64,000 nt of DNA from Euglena gracilis (lineage: Eukaryota): the NCBI GenBank assembly GCA_039621445.1, contig CP154954.1, positions 36,813,703-36,877,702 on the forward strand. Reading direction: 5' to 3'. Made by a program: the position numbers and the translations under genes. Numbering within the stretch: the stretch's first letter is position 1; every line of letters starts with the position of its first letter. Below the pieces are notes generated by a model. That model saw only the letters and a list, made by a program, of their open reading frames with translations. It did no database searches and was not told the DNA's origin. Positions 1 to 14,500 of this stretch are shown here, piece by piece.

Positions 1-2474
1 GTGGGTTTGCTGAGGGTGGGGGGCTGTGTCATGAGGGTGGCTTTGGGAGGTGTTGCATTTGTTTATTTGGACCCGGGTTGCCCTCAGGTATTTTTGGGGG
101 CCGGTTTTGTCTCGCCGGGACACGATTATAACAAACCCGGACCGGCGAGGCCCGTCTTGTGTGTTGCCCCAAAATGTCCGGGTTTCCGAGGCTTTGCGTA
201 TAGGTTTTTCACCCCCCCTTTGGGATGGTTCTGTTGTTCCCCGGACTGCTGTTCGTGTCGTGTTGTCACTTCCATCGGCCTCCCCTTCGTCCCCGGGCCG
301 GGGGGGGACGTGGCCGCCGTTTTTTTCCCCCCCCCCCGGCGGGGGGGTTCTTGGCCGGGGGCTTTCGGGGGGGGAGGGTGATGATGCGCGCGTAAAATGG
401 GGCTCGCTGGCCAGGTGTCACTGCTTCGCGCCCATGTCAGCGGGTAGGTGGCCTTGGGGGGGGGGGGGGGGGGTGCGGAGGGGTGGGGGGGGGGGTGGGG
501 GGGGCGAGGGGGCGGGGGGGTGGGTGGTGGGGGGGGGCCTGGTTTCCTGGGCGGTATTTTGGTGTGTTTTTTTTTTTTTTTGATTACCAAAATGGTTTTC
601 GTATTGAATCTACCAGGAGTTTTTTGTTTTTTAGCATCACATTGAATTTTAAATTTTGTTAAGTTTTTTTTCTCTGAAAATTTTACTGCAGTAATTCTAT
701 GTTCCAGTTCCCTATGTGGCTTTCTATGAGTATAGATTGTGAGCCTTCCCATGGTTTTGATCCGTGTTTCATTATTTTGGCATGCTTTTTTGGATGTACA
801 TTTGGTATACTGAAACAAGATAAGGTTTGCACACGTATGATACTGGTTTTCGGGACAAAAATGACCAAAAAATTTTGGTTTCAGAACCCCCACTATACCT
901 AAAATGGCCTACATGGCCTTTAACTGGCCTAAAATGGCCTAATAAAATGGCCTTAAAATGGCCTAAAATGGGGAAGGAAATTTTTTGGGCTTGACTATAG
1001 GTGTTGCCCCCCACCCCCTGGTCAGGGTTAGCTAAGCCGGAGGGACCAAGGGGGGGGGGGGTTCCAGCCAGGCAGCAGCTCCAGCGGACTGCAAACCTCC
1101 TGGTATCGTCCAAAGAAAGTTGGACCGGAAACAGGGGTTCAAAAACATGGCCCGAAAAAACTGCTGTTTTGAAGCCCCCCACCCAACCCCCCGGGGGGCC
1201 CGGGGGGTACGGACAACTCTCTCATTTTCCCCCGAAAATGGCCAAAGATCGCGAAAATGCTAAAAATAGCACCTTTTTCAAAAACTTTCGGTGCCGAAAA
1301 GTATATCCAACCCCCCCCCCCCCCACCGGTTGGATGGGAAGCCCTTGGTTTATTGAGTTGAGTTTTCGGTGGGTGGGTCCGTGCGACCACCCCACCCCCG
1401 GGGGCGGGTGGTGGGGGGGGGTGGTGACCACCCCCCCGCCCCCCCCCTAGACGTTGGGGGATCCGGACCCCCACCCCCCTCCTTCACAGGTGCCAAAAAT
1501 AGCAGAAAATTTTCTTCCGGTGCTGTGCGCCGGAAAATGAGCAAGAAACACCTCTTTTGCTGACTTTTTGGCCATATTGCCCATTTTCTTTGATGTGTTG
1601 GTGTTTTCCCCCCAAAAAATGTTCAAAAGTTTCAAAAAACGAGCATTTTTGGATCGATTTTCAAAGAAAAATCAGGGATTTTTGACCGATTTCGACCCAA
1701 TTTCCGGCCCTTTGCCCGTCCATGAAATGAAAACCCCCCCCCCCCCCCGTTTCGAGGCACCCCCCCCCCCCCCCCCGTGTCGGGAGGGGGGGTCCGACCC
1801 ACCCCCTCTCAAGGCTTCCCATCCAGCCCTGCCCCCCTCCCTGCCAAGGGGGGTCCAGCCGTGCCTGCATTTTTTCCAGCCAGGAGCTCCCAACCGGGCT
1901 GTGGACCCGCCCTCAGGGTCCACTGGGGACTTTTCTAGGCAAGGGCCTAGAAAAGAAACCTCATACACTTGCATTTTCTCCCACATCCATCCCCCCATTC
2001 TCAGGTGACAGCCGAGAGGATGGCCATGTGTGGGTGTGGCACCCAGCTCTGCTGGCCATGGGAAACTGGGGAAATATTTTTGGGCTTGACTATAGGTGGC
2101 TTGCCCCCCACACCCCTGGGTCGAGAGGGTTAGCTTAAGCCGGAGTGGACCACAGATGACGGAATTAATTATGACGGGGACAGTCTGCACCATGCGATGC
2201 CCAGATGGCCTGGCCAGGTGGTGGGTGGTGAGGGTGCGGTGTGGTGCGGTATGGGTGTGGGGTGGGTGTTGTTTCCGAGTGCCAATGTGTGAGCAGAGTT
2301 TAAAAATCATTGATGGGATTCAATCCCCCAACCCCAATCCCTCCGATTGAGTGACCCCCATGATCACCTTGTTGTGGTCAATATGGCCCCCTCTGACGTT
2401 GCCTTTGGTTTTGGCTTTGATGGACCATCGCTGCTGACAGCCACCTGGGCCAGGGCTGGGCTTTTGGATTGCCT

Positions 2475-2632
<158 letters not shown>

Positions 2633-5283
2633 AAGTGGGTGGGTGGGTGGGTGGGTGGGGGGTATGGTTGGGTGGTCGTTGTGTGGTTGTGTGTGCACCA
2701 ACAGCCCGCAAGGCCTTGTGGCAAGCGAGGAGATCCGCATCCACAACGCAACACCACCAGGGCCTTTGGGGCGTTGAGTTGTTGTTTTGGGTCGTTGGGT
2801 TTTTGGTTCCCTGTTCCCCCCCCCATTGGCCAACAATGAGCACGCTATTGAGTGGTTTTGTGGTGTTGCCAATGGGCCGAATTTCAAGGTGCTTGGGCAT
2901 TCGGCCAAAGCATTTCCGGAACCCAAGGTTCCGGAAGTCACGGCTGTGCAGGAACCCCCACAACCCCCTGGATGGGGGTCGACCCCATTTCCGGTGGCGC
3001 CAGTTTTTTGGGTCAAAATTTTCCTTCGTCGCCTTCGGAAGGAATTTCCTTTGGGCGGTGCCAAGGTGGGTGGGGGGGGGGGTCGATCCCCCATCAAGCC
3101 TTCCAGCACAGCCCTGCCAAAGTCCAGAGAAGCCCATTTTTGGCTTTTTTTGGCCGATGATTGTGGACCCCCCCCCCAGGCAGAGCAGAACGGGAATCGG
3201 CCGAACAGCCAGGGTGGTGGGTGGGGGGGGTCGACCCCCCCCACCCGTATCCACCCTGTACCCTGTTCCCGTATTTCCAGGAGCACCAATTTTTGGACCC
3301 GAAAAAAATTTTCCAGCGCCGGGTGTTTTTTTTTGACCCATTTGGGACCCATGTGGGGGGGGGTCCCCCCAAAAGCCACCCAAAACCACCCAAAACCCCA
3401 TTTTTTTCACACCTTCCAAAAATTCAACATTTTCTCAAACTGTTGATTTTGAGAAGTTTTTGAAGCAAAAAAATGCCGTTGAAAGTCCAAAAAATTTCAA
3501 AGAGAAAAAATGTCAGTAAATTTTGACTGTGCCAAAATTTGGTCCACTTTTTTTGATCTTTGCTTTTCTCACCCCCCTCCTAAAAACTACCAATTTTCAA
3601 CCCTGAAATTTTTGAGATTTTTTTTGTGCAAAAAGTGTGGCTTTCCATCAAAAATCATGTGTTTTGGGTTCATCATGTGTTTTTCTGGCCAAAATCCCCG
3701 GTTTCGCCCTCCTTCCTCCCTCCTCCTCCTCCTCCTTCTCCCCGAATCAGTTCCTCCTTACTCCTCCTCCTCCCTTTCCCCAAATCAGTGAAAATGCTGT
3801 GGAGGGGGGGGGGTCGACCCCCCCACCAGGCTTTCCCGTTCTGCCCTGCCCTCAGGGCACCCCAAGCCCCTCCCCCCCCCGGTTGGTTGAATTCATCCTG
3901 ATTGCCAATGCTTATGCCCCAAAGGTCCAAAAAACGTTGCTGTTGTCGTCGTCGTTGTTGTTGTTGCTGTTGCTGCTGTATCATAACGCCGCACGCATTT
4001 TTGTTAAAAAATGATAATACAAATAAAAATAAAAAGTGAAAGTTGATATAATCAACAAATGGTGAAAGGTATCTTCAATGTGAAATATTGTCTATTGTCC
4101 CAAACTTTGATCAGGAAAGTGCTGAATTGAACCCTGTGTAATAAAGCAAGTGCGTGGAAGAAGTGTAATGTATTTTTGGAGGGTTCCGGGTTCTCAGGAA
4201 AGGCGTTGGCTCGATGCTTGAAAGTTTTGGGGAACCGCCAGCAACTTTTGCAACTTTTGCAATTTTTCCAGCTGGACACCAGGTTTTTTTTTGTCTTGGC
4301 CTCCTTGGGGCGGGTGGGTGGATTGGTCCAGCCGAGCCCCCCCCCTTCAGGTGGGGGGGGGGGTCTGGGCTCAGGGGGGGGGGGTGTGAGAAACTTTCCG
4401 GCGCCAGGGTGGGCGGCCCCCGGGCTTTATATATTGCACAGAATGCGGAGAGAGAGAGGGGATCAGCATTACCCCCCCCCCTAAATGACCCTATCAATGT
4501 TGCTTCAGGACCCCCCAAAGGGTCCTGAAGCAATCTAGGGGGGGGTCATTTAGGGGGGGATATTTTTCCCACTTGAAAAATTGCTCTGCTAAATGACCCC
4601 AGGGGGGTCATTTAGGGGGGGTACCTCGAGTGAAAAAAAAGGCTGAATCGTGAAACCCTGTAACCCAGCAACCCTGCGAATTTTGACCAGACCATGGCTG
4701 GGGCGGGGGTGCGTTTCGTCGGCCAACTAGGCCTGGTCGTCAGCTAGTTGGCGTGGGGAAGGGGGTAATCGGCCTGCTAACGGGTCAAGTTCGGAAACCC
4801 CCCCCCTCTTTGAACAATTCCTGAGCAGAATTTGCGTGGTCACGCAGAAATGAGAGATGAATGGCCAATTTTGGGACAGCGCCAAAGATAACACGAAAAT
4901 CCGTTACCAACGGCAGTGCCTTGTTTCTCAAGGTACAGAAAACCACTGACCCAACTGACCTCCCCGGGCCTCAACCCGGGTTTCCCCAAGAAAAAAACGG
5001 TGCTAACCCCCCCAAAAAAAAATGACAAAATCCCTCCCTTCCTGCTGTCCAAAAAAAAAAATTTCGGGCGACATCTCCCCCAAAACCCCCCCAGCCTTTA
5101 ATGCATCAAAGGCGCGGTGGCCACTCCAGGGGGTGGCCCCCGCCCCCCCCCCCCCGCACCCCCTCAAATAACAAAATCCTTTTATGCTGGCAAAATTCTT
5201 TAGAGGGCCGCTTTTTTTCCTGAGGGGTCATTTGGACGTGGTTTTACTGGCCACCGAAAAGGTAAAAAATTTTGACCCCCAAC

Positions 5284-5519
5284 AAGCGGTTTTTTTTTAA
5301 AGTCTTGGACCTCTGGGGGGGGTGGGGGGGTCCGGCCGAGCCTCCCCCCCCTCACCCGGGAAGGGGGGGTGGTGGTGGGATATACTTTTCGGTGCGAAAG
5401 TTTTTGAAAAAGGTGCCATGCTTAGCATTTTTCGCGACTTTTGGGCCATTTTGGGGGTAAAGTGAGTAGGATCCCCCCTCCCCCACTCCCGGGCTTTTTT
5501 TTAAAAAAAAGAACCCCTG
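5284..5519. mobile_element. Family A-related MITE (reverse orientation)
   Basis: Degenerate TIR. TSD cccccaac. Confidence 0.7.
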
Positions 5520-6483
5520 CCCCCAACCACCAAATTGTGGTTCATGACTCCCCCGAAGGCAAAAAAAATGCTGAGGAATCTAAGGGCAAAAATGTGCCAA
5601 AATTACTGAAAAGAAAAACAGGTGTGGGGTGGCCTGGCACTGTGGAGTTTTGGCAAAAACCCCGTGAAATTGCCCAAATATTTTGTTTTACCCCTCGAGT
5701 TGAGGCCGGGTGGGGTCAGTTGGGTTTAGGGTTTTTTGCCCCCTTGAGAAATAAAACGACATTTTTGGAATTATGAATCCCCCACTAACTTTCTTCGTCG
5801 GTCCAAAGCAGGGGTTATGAGTCGAGGTTTGGTGAGTGGCCTAAAAGGCCGTCTTAAAAAATACCCCTGACTGAACTGGTGCTACTGAACTGACTGAAAC
5901 GATGCCCAGTCCCCCCCCAAAAAATGGGAAAATCCCTTCCTGTTGGCAATAAGAATTTGGTCAAAATATCGCCGCCCCCCTGCACCCCCCAATTTTCATC
6001 AAAGGCGAGCTTAGTCGGCCTGCGGCCTCCTCGGAGGGGGGGTGGCCACCGCCCCCGCACCCTCAAAATCCTTTTGTGTTGGCAAATTCTTTGGAGGGGC
6101 TGCTTTTTTCTGAGGGGTCATTTTGACGGGTTTTCCTGGCCACCGCAAAGGTAAAAATTTACCGGAACATGGCTGAAAACGAAAAATTTTCTCAAAAAAA
6201 ATGCTGAGGAATCAAAAGGCAAAAATGTGCCAAAATTGCTGTGCCGAAAAAAAAAACGTGTGGGGCAGCCTTGCGCAGAGGGGTTTTGGCAAAATCCCGT
6301 GAAATTACCCAAAATATTTTGTTTTACCCCCCTGGTGCACAAGACCGGTGTATTTTTGGGACGGCTTTTTTGGCCACACACCAAACCTGGACTTATAACC
6401 CCCCCTCCCGCGCTTTGGACCAACAAAGAAAATTAGTGGGGATTCAGAATTCCAAAAATTTCCTTCTGTTTCTCTAGGGGGCG

Positions 6484-6580
6484 AAACACCGCCGGCGAAC
6501 AAGGCATGGCTTCAGAGGGTCTTTGTGCTTCGCCCTCGGTGTCCCTTCCGCCCTGGTCGGCTTGCCTCGAGGGAGCACGA
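6484..6580 (+). mobile_element. Solo DIRS right terminus
   Basis: Matches 26495-26589 and ends gggagcacga. Confidence 0.85.
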
Positions 6581-7363
6581 TAGCCAAGCTGACCCCACCC
6601 GGGCCTCAACTCGGGTTTACCCCTGAAACAAACAATGTATGCTAAGCCCCCCAAAAATGACAAGATCCCTTCCTGATGGATAAAAAGGGTTGGAGGCTAA
6701 CCCCAACCCTGACCCTGACCCTTCTTGTTGGGGAAAAAAAAGTTCGGGCAAAATATCGCCCCCCCCCCCCCGCACCCCCAACCTTCAATTCATCAATTAA
6801 CCATCTGCGGCCTCCTCGGGGCAGGGGGTGGCCACCCCCCCCGCACCGCCTAAAATCCTTTTACGTTGGCAAAGTTCTTTGGAGGGGCTGCTTTTTTTCT
6901 GAGGGGTCTGACCACCGCAAAGGTGAAAAAGGAAAATTTGCCGGAACATGGCTGAAAAAAGGGAATTTTCCCTGCGAATTTTTGTATATTCACCACCTAG
7001 TCGGCGAACGTGACCGGCTAGTAAACCCCCGAAATATAAAGCCCCCTCCCCCGGCTTTGGACGGGATTTCAAGGCCCCCAAGGGGGGCTTTATTGGGTGG
7101 GTAATCAACCTTTTTGGCTGTCCCAGTGGCCTCAGGCGGCCATCATTTGCGGCCAAATACCAAATTTTATGCCAAATTTGCACTGTGTGCTTGCTATTTC
7201 CCTTAAAGAAAATGTCAAATGTTATCCGAAATGGCACAGTTCTTGTGAAAACAAATCCTGTATATACCCAAAAGTTTCTTACGTTCTCCTGCAGGGCAAC
7301 ATGATCTGACTCCAAATGGGGGGGTCTTTTTGTAGGCGGCAAAAACCAAACCCCCAAGGGGGG

Positions 7364-7481
7364 TCGTACTCCCTCAAGGCAAGCCGACCAGACAGGAAGG
7401 GACGCCGAGGGCGAAGCACAAAGACATTGCCGGCGAGCAAGGCATGGCCTCACAAGGGTAAAGTGCGGAGCCGGAGGTGCC
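7364..7481 (-). mobile_element. Miniature (~118 bp) DIRS derivative: left terminus fused to right terminus
   Basis: tcgtactccctcaagg...aagacatt (reverse complement of the right end) is directly followed by gccggcgagc...gcggagccggaggtgcc (reverse complement of the left end). Confidence 0.8.
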
Positions 7482-7551
7482 CTTTACAATTCGGGTGCAG
7501 GCTTTATATTTTGGTGGATACATTACAGCTGGTGATTTGCCGATCTTGACT

Positions 7552-7701
7552 GACACGTCGGGCTCCGCACTTTGCCATTGAGAGGCCATGCCTTGCTCGC
7601 GGTTTGTTGTGATTGTTTGGTCCGCTGAGTTAGGGGGTCCCGCTTAGTGCCTTTTTTCGCCGGAGTTGGCTGATTCTTAACTTGTCCTTCGACTCCCAGA
7701 A
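7552..7701 (+). mobile_element. DIRS left ITR and 5' end, interrupted by copy 1
   Basis: gacacgtcgggctccgcactttgcc...ttaacttgtccttcgactcccagaa matches 21731-21885. Confidence 0.88.
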
Positions 7702-10700
7702 TCGCACTCCCTCGAGGCAAGCCGACCAGGGAGGAAGGGACACCGACGGCGAAGCACAAAGACCTTGTGACGCCATGCCTTGCTCGCCGGCGGTGTTGGG
7801 ATTGTTTGGGTGCGTTGGGTTAGGAGTCTCTGCTTAGTGCCGCCTCGCCGGAGTTGGCTGACGATGCTGCTCCGACTTGGCGACGTGACTTCTTGCCCCT
7901 GGGGGGGGGTCCTCCCCTCTGCCCCCCTCCTGGCCCCCATCTTCTGATCGAGGGCGTTTGAAGACAAATTTTCTTTTACAGGTGGGGGGGTCGGGCTCAC
8001 AAGGTCTTTGTGCTTCGCCCTCGGTGTCCCTTCCTCCCTGGTCGGTTTTCCACGAGGGAGTACGAGACACCTCGGGCTCCGCACTTTACCCTTGAGAGGC
8101 CAGATTGTGCACTGAAATTAGGTGGGCCAGGGCATGTTCCAGGGCACCTTGGGCACCAAGTCTTTGATTGTGGGCTGTAAAAGCCTCCACCCCCCTCCAC
8201 AGGCCAATCTCACAAACTTCTTGGGAGGAAAGGCCCAATTTTTTTTAAACCAACCCCTGCCCCTCTGGTGGAGCGGGCCCCCCCACACCAGGGGGGTCAC
8301 CCCGTGCTTGGTCAAAAAATCTTTTGTGATAGAAGCAACAGTGTCTGCACTTATGGCCCTGAAGGGGGGTTTTAATGAAATCAGAAGGGGGCCCCTAGGT
8401 CTGACGAATGAACGTGTAGCAGCCACATAAGACATCATTATATGAAAGGGGCTTATTTGTGGACATTGGGGAATGGACACCACGCTTTCCCACTTGTGAA
8501 ACTTTTGGCCTTCACGTTTAATTTTGAAGTAGGTTGCTCTACCCAAAACACTGGTGGTTCGTTTGACTTGTGCCAAGTCAGAGGGTCGATATAAACAGAG
8601 AATTCATGAGAAAAAATCAGCTGGGTGCGCAAAGTACAAATATCAGTGGGCATTGGGGCCTTGGCCAGCCCCAGGAGGAGGATCCCAAAATGCCCCATAC
8701 TTCTCCAGGTTTTGGTTCCAAAGCATCTTGTAGGGGGTCAAAAGGGTGTGGAGTCTCAGCCCACCAAACCCAGGAATCAAAAGCATAGCACTGTATTCAT
8801 TGCGGGCTTGGGCCTTGAAAATTGGAACAGTTGAATTAAAGCGTCAGCCACTTGGTCAGTGCTTCAGGGGGGGCACGCCCATGTGTTCCAAAATTACCCA
8901 CAGAAGTGCAAAAGCACTCTGATAACGCTTTAAACTGGGGTTTCTCACCAGGAAATCTTTAATGGTTTTAACCTGAATTTGTTTCCCCTCCAAGGTTTGC
9001 CTGAGCAAATCATGCAAAGCAGGGGCCACCTGGGGGTGGCATTTGTTCCTCCCTGCAATTGGTGAACATACCCCTGTAGGGGGTGATTTTCAGGCAGGGG
9101 GTCCCTGGAACTTTCATTTTCCTTAGTTGGAGGCACATGTGGCTGAATCCCAGTAGGGGGTGACCATCAAAACTTTGGTCTGGGGAAAAATTTTCAACCT
9201 GGGCACAAATTTTTGGATTATTGACCAGGGGGGGTTTGCATAAAGATCCGCCATGTTGTCCAGTGGACATTGTAGTGCATTTACTGCTGTGGCCTCCCAA
9301 TGGGGCCACCTGGCCACAAAATTGGGCAGTTTTTTGTTGCCTGGGGAGGCAAACAAATCTGGTTCCAGTTTTTATGAAATTTTGGAATTGCTTTCTTAAC
9401 CAATGAAAAAGTTGGGGGTCTAAAGAATGATCCTTCCTGTCCATTTCCCATCTGCTTATGGGGTCAGCTAGGCATTCCTTTGAAGGCACCCAGTTGACTT
9501 GGAGTTTTACTTGGTGCTCCATGCACCATTTGAAAAATTGTCTTAGCAGTTTGTTGAAGGGGTCCTTTCTCCCCCCCCTTTGGTCAGGTAATAGATTACC
9601 TGGTTGTCCACTGACACGGACACTGTTTCCCCAGGTTTGCTCAAACTTTTCACAGTGTTTATTGCTGAACTGAGCTCCTTTACATTGATGTGAAAAATGG
9701 AGTCTTTTCTCCAAAATTCCTGCACAATTTCTCCTGTGTGGGTGTCTAGCCCCCCCCCCCCAGGCATGGGTGCTCCTGTCTGATTGCAACCCTCTGGTTA
9801 CATTTTGGGGGAAGGGTCTGCCTCCCCAGGGGTCTAGCTGAATTTTATTTCCCTTAATTTGGGTCTTGATTTCCTGGGAAATTGGGTGTTTTGAGTCCCA
9901 GGGGTCTGCGGACTTTGCCACCAAAAAATTCGTCAGGGCGTCTGTAAAAGCCCTTAAAAAGGGCAGGGCCATAAGGTTGCATCTTATTTGGCCCAAAATG
10001 GCAGCCAATTGCCTTTTTGACATGTAATCTTTTTTCAGGAGTTTTCCAAGCTCCTTTTTGATGGTTTTCACTTTCTGGGGGGGCACCTGCAGCTTTCCTT
10101 CCTGGAAGTTCAGTTGAAAACCTAGATGGGTTACCATTTGGGTGGGCTGGAGGGTGGACTTTTTCACATTGATTTTAAACCCAGAATCCAGCAAATCTTT
10201 GACAACTGTGTTCAGGTGATTTTGCAAAGTGTTTTGGGTGGTGGCCACCAGCAAAACGTCGTCCAGGTAAACAAACACCTCGATGCCCCCTTTTCTCCAG
10301 AGCTTTTCGAAAGTTTTCATGACTGACATGAAAATTTGGGGCATTACACTTAGCCCAAAGCAGCCTGTTTGAAATTACCAGGTCTGCCCCCACCTGATGT
10401 CTCAAAAATGGCCTTAGGCCTGGACTTACTGGAATTTGAAAGTAGGCTTCCTTGAGGTCTATTTTTGCTGCCCAGTGGCCTTTTTCAAAAACTGGAAAAA
10501 TGTCCTGGATATGATCCAGCTTGAAATGTTTAACTTGAAATTGCTGATTGATTTCTCTGCAATCTCTGATCATTCTCCACTTGGTTGTTCCACCCTCTGG
10601 TTTTGAAATTAAAAACCATGGGATCAAATGCTGGGTTTCTGATTTTTCGTAATCCAGCAGAGTTTTTTCTACCTGGTTTAGTTAGGTACAGGTTGGCTCT

Positions 10701-11560
10701 GGGTTTTGGATGGGTGGACCATTTTGGGGGGATTTACCCAGGGGGGTTCCATTCCATTTTTTATCAATTGACATGTTGCTGGGGGGGCATTTTTTGTGTA
10801 CCATTTTAGGCTCTTCTGAATTCACTGGTACAGGGGGGTGTCTCCCCATTATTCCTCCATGGAATGTATTCTCCCAACTAGATGATTTTCTGGGTGCTAG
10901 GTGGAGGGGTTGGACATTCCACGCCTCGTGCCCCTGCGGATTGAGCACTCTCTAAAGGTGGCTGGGGGGGTGTGCATGCTCTGCTCACAGGCTTTCTTAT
11001 CCTCCACTTTGTCATTGGTGTTGTCGATTGACATACCACAGGGGCCCCTTCTTGGGTCTCCCCCTTGCTTAGGCTTGCCCCTGCCATGGGCATTGATAAA
11101 GAAAGTTGAGGGGGGGTGGCCCCCTTGTCCTCCACTGCCCCTGTGGGGGCATCCTCCTGGGACTGCCACAGTACATTAAAGCCCGCCGCTGGCGGACAGC
11201 CTTTTAGCTTCTGGGGCTTCACCCCTTCTGATATTTGATGGCCCCAGTGGTCCTGAATTTGTTGATGTTGTTGATGATAATTCTGGCCCCACTGGCCCTC
11301 TTGAAATTTTGACAGTCCCCATTGACTTCTCTTTGACCTTTTGCTCCATGCCCACTGAAAATCTTGGGGCGCCTCTGGGGGCCCATCCTTTTCCCCTGGT
11401 AGGGTTTGTGATGAAGAAATGGTTGGGGGGTCGTTGTGGACCTGTCCTGCTCCTGCCACTGGGCATCTGTTTGTAGAATCGGCCACCCTGGCCTTGGTAT
11501 TGTTGGCCACCGTGGCCTTTGTTCCATCGGCCACCATGGCATTGCTGTTGTGGCATCCGT
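7702..11560 (-). mobile_element. DIRS copy 1 (minus strand, 5'-truncated in gag)
   Basis: Right terminus at 7702, ICR ~7996-8103, YR ~8118-9000, MT (ANPPW) ~9120-9360, RT ORFs 9010..10344 (YLDD) and 10175..10627. Confidence 0.92.
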
Positions 11561-14500
11561 GGGGGAAAAGGGCCTGTACGACAGTTTACTCGTGGCCCCA
11601 ACACAAAACATCTTACAAAATCACCTGAACAGAGTGGTCAGGGATTTAATCAAATCAGGATTCAAAATCAATGTGAATAAGTCCACCCTGCAGCCCACCC
11701 AAATCGTCAATCATCTTGGACTTGAACTAAATTTCCAAGCAGGAAAATTAAAGGTGCCTCAGAAAATAAAAACAGTAAAAAGGAGCTGGGAAAAACGATG
11801 AAAAAAGATTACATGTCAAAAAGGCAACTGGCTGCCATTTTGGGCCAAATCAGATGCAATCTAATGGCCTTGCCCTTTCTAAGGACCTTTACGGATGCCC
11901 TGGAAAATTTTTTGGTGGAAAATTCCACAGCCCCCTGGGACTCAAAACATCCCATTTCCCAAAAAATAAAGGACCAATTAAAGGAAATAAAAATTCTGCT
12001 GGACACCTGGGGGGGCAGACCCTTTCCCCAAAATGCAACCAGGGAGTTGCAGTCAGACAGCAATACCCATACCCGGGGGGGGGGGGCTGGACATTAGAAC
12101 AGGCAAAATTGTGAAAGAATGAGGGAAAGCTCCATTTTGAACATAAATGTCAAAGAGATAAGTGCAGCAATAAGCACAGTTCAAAGCCTAAGCCAGCCAG
12201 GGGAAACTGTGTCCCTATCCGTGGACAATCAAGTAATTTACTACTACTTAACAAAAGGGGGGGGGCAGAAAAGACCGCTTCAATTACATGCTAAGACCCT
12301 TCTTCAAATGCTGCCTGGAGCACAACGTAAACCTGCAAGTAAAGTGGGTCCCCTCAAAGGAATGCCTGGCAGACCCCATAAGCAGATGGGAAATGTACAG
12401 GGGGGATTATTCACTGGACCCCCAACTTTTTCAATGGTTGAGACAGCAGTTCAAAAATTACATCACCCTGAAAACAGACCTTTTTGCCTCACCGGGCAAC
12501 AAAAAACTGCCACAATTTGTGGCCAGGTGGCCCCACTCGGGAACCACAGCAGTAGACGCATTACAGTGTCCACTGGACAACTTGGAGGATCTTTACGCAA
12601 CCCCCCCCCCCTGGTCTGTAATCAAGAAATTTCTTCCCAGATTAAAAATGCTTCCACAGGCCAAAGTTTTGATGGTCACCCCCTACTGGGATTCAGCCAC
12701 ATGGTGGCCCCAGTTAAAAAAAAACGAAATTTCCAGGGACCCCTGCCTGAAAATCACCCCCTACATGGGTATGTTCACCAATTGCAGGGGGGGAAAAATG
12801 CCCCCCCCCCCCCCCCAGGTGCCCCCTGCCTTGCATGATGGGCTCAGGCAAATTTTGGAGGGGAAACAAATACAAAATTCAACCATTACAGATTTCCTGG
12901 GAAGAAACCCCAGTTTGAAAAGGTACCAAAGTGCCTGTACGCTTTTATGGGTGATTCTGGAAAAAATGGGGGTACCCCCCCCCGAAGCCACCACTGACCA
13001 AGTGGTTGACGCTTTAATTCAACCGTTCCAATTTTCAAAGGCCCAAGCACGCAATGCATACAGTGCTATGCTTCTGCTCCATGGCTTTGGTGGCCTAAGT
13101 GCCATGTAGGTACCTTATAAAGGAGTTTGGAACCAAAACCTGGAGAAATATGGTGCATTCTGGGATCCGCTCCCAATCCTCCTGGGGCTGGCACAGTCCC
13201 CCCCCCCCTTGCCCTCTCTCGTATGTGTACGTTGCGTACACAACTCATTTTCTGTTCACGCATCCTCTGTTTTACAGATCATCTTATTTAACACAGCTTG
13301 AACTAGGTATTGGGGTAACTGGGATATGGGCCTCCGTGGCCCTTGCCGTAGTGGCATAACAGCTGTTTTGGCTTTTCTGTCCTTCGGGTTTCTCTGACCA
13401 CTGTCTGCCTAAGTCTGTGGCTGTCACTGGTGGGTTTTTAGAAACTTTTTCAGGGAGGGATGGGACAGCTACGGATCGCCACGGTTGCACCGCGTCATCA
13501 GGTCGTTCAGCTGCAGCGGCAGGCAGTTGTTGTTGTTCAGCGGTGCTCATCGTGTTGGTAATTGCATTTTTCATCGAAGTTTTTAATGTGTCAACGAATT
13601 CTGATTTGATATTCTCTACGAGCGTGACCTTCTGGATAATTTTATTGGCTTCACTCCTCGAAATTGACTTGTCAAGGTTCTTGAAATGAAGTTTTTCCAG
13701 TGTTGGAAAAAGGGCACTGGGCAGCAAAAATAGACCCACAGCTTTTCGAATGTCTTCATTACTGACATAAAAAATTGGGGCATTAGATTCAGGCCAAAAA
13801 AAGCCTGCCTGGAATTCCCAGGTCTGCCCCCCACCTGATGTCTTACTAAGGGCCATAGGGCCTGGCTCACTGGGATGTGGAAGTAAGCATTCTTTAGGTC
13901 CAAAGAACCACCAGTGTGTTGGGGGGGGGGGTGCTCCCTACATCAAAATCAAACGTAAGGGTCAAAAGTTCATAAGTGGGAGAGAGTTGTCTCTATTCCC
14001 CGGTGCCCCCAAATCAGTCCGTTTCATTTGACGATGTCTTATGTGGCAGCAACACGTTTCTTTGTGAAAACTGAGGGCCCCCTTTTAATTACGTTAAAAC
14101 CCCCCTATAAAGCCACTGAGGCAGATACCATTGCTTCTCTAAACAAATTTTTTTTGGCCCAGCATGGGGTCCCCCCCAGGTTTTGGGACCCCTCTCCACC
14201 AGAGGGGCAGGGGTTGGTTTACGCAAAAAAATTTGCCCTTTCTGCACAAGAAGTTTGTGAAATTGGTCAGTGGAAGGGAGTGGAGGCTTTCACAGCCCAC
14301 TATCAAAGACTTGGTGCCCAAGGTGCTTTGGAGAATGCCCTGGCCCACCTTTTTTCAGTGCACAATCTGGCCTCTCAATGACAAAGTGTGGAGCCCGAGG
14401 TGTCTCGTACTCCGTCGAGGCAAACCGACCAGGGAGGAAGAGGCACCGAGGGCGAAGCACAAAGACCTTGTGAGCCCGACCCCCCCACCTGTATAAGAAA

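Larger units (their letters stand above)
4930..7100 (+). repeat. Three degenerate, partly tandem copies of an unclassified repeat
   Basis: aaaatcctttt..g.tggcaaa.ttctt..gagggg...tgaggggtc recurs at ~5172, ~6066 and ~6852. Confidence 0.6.
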
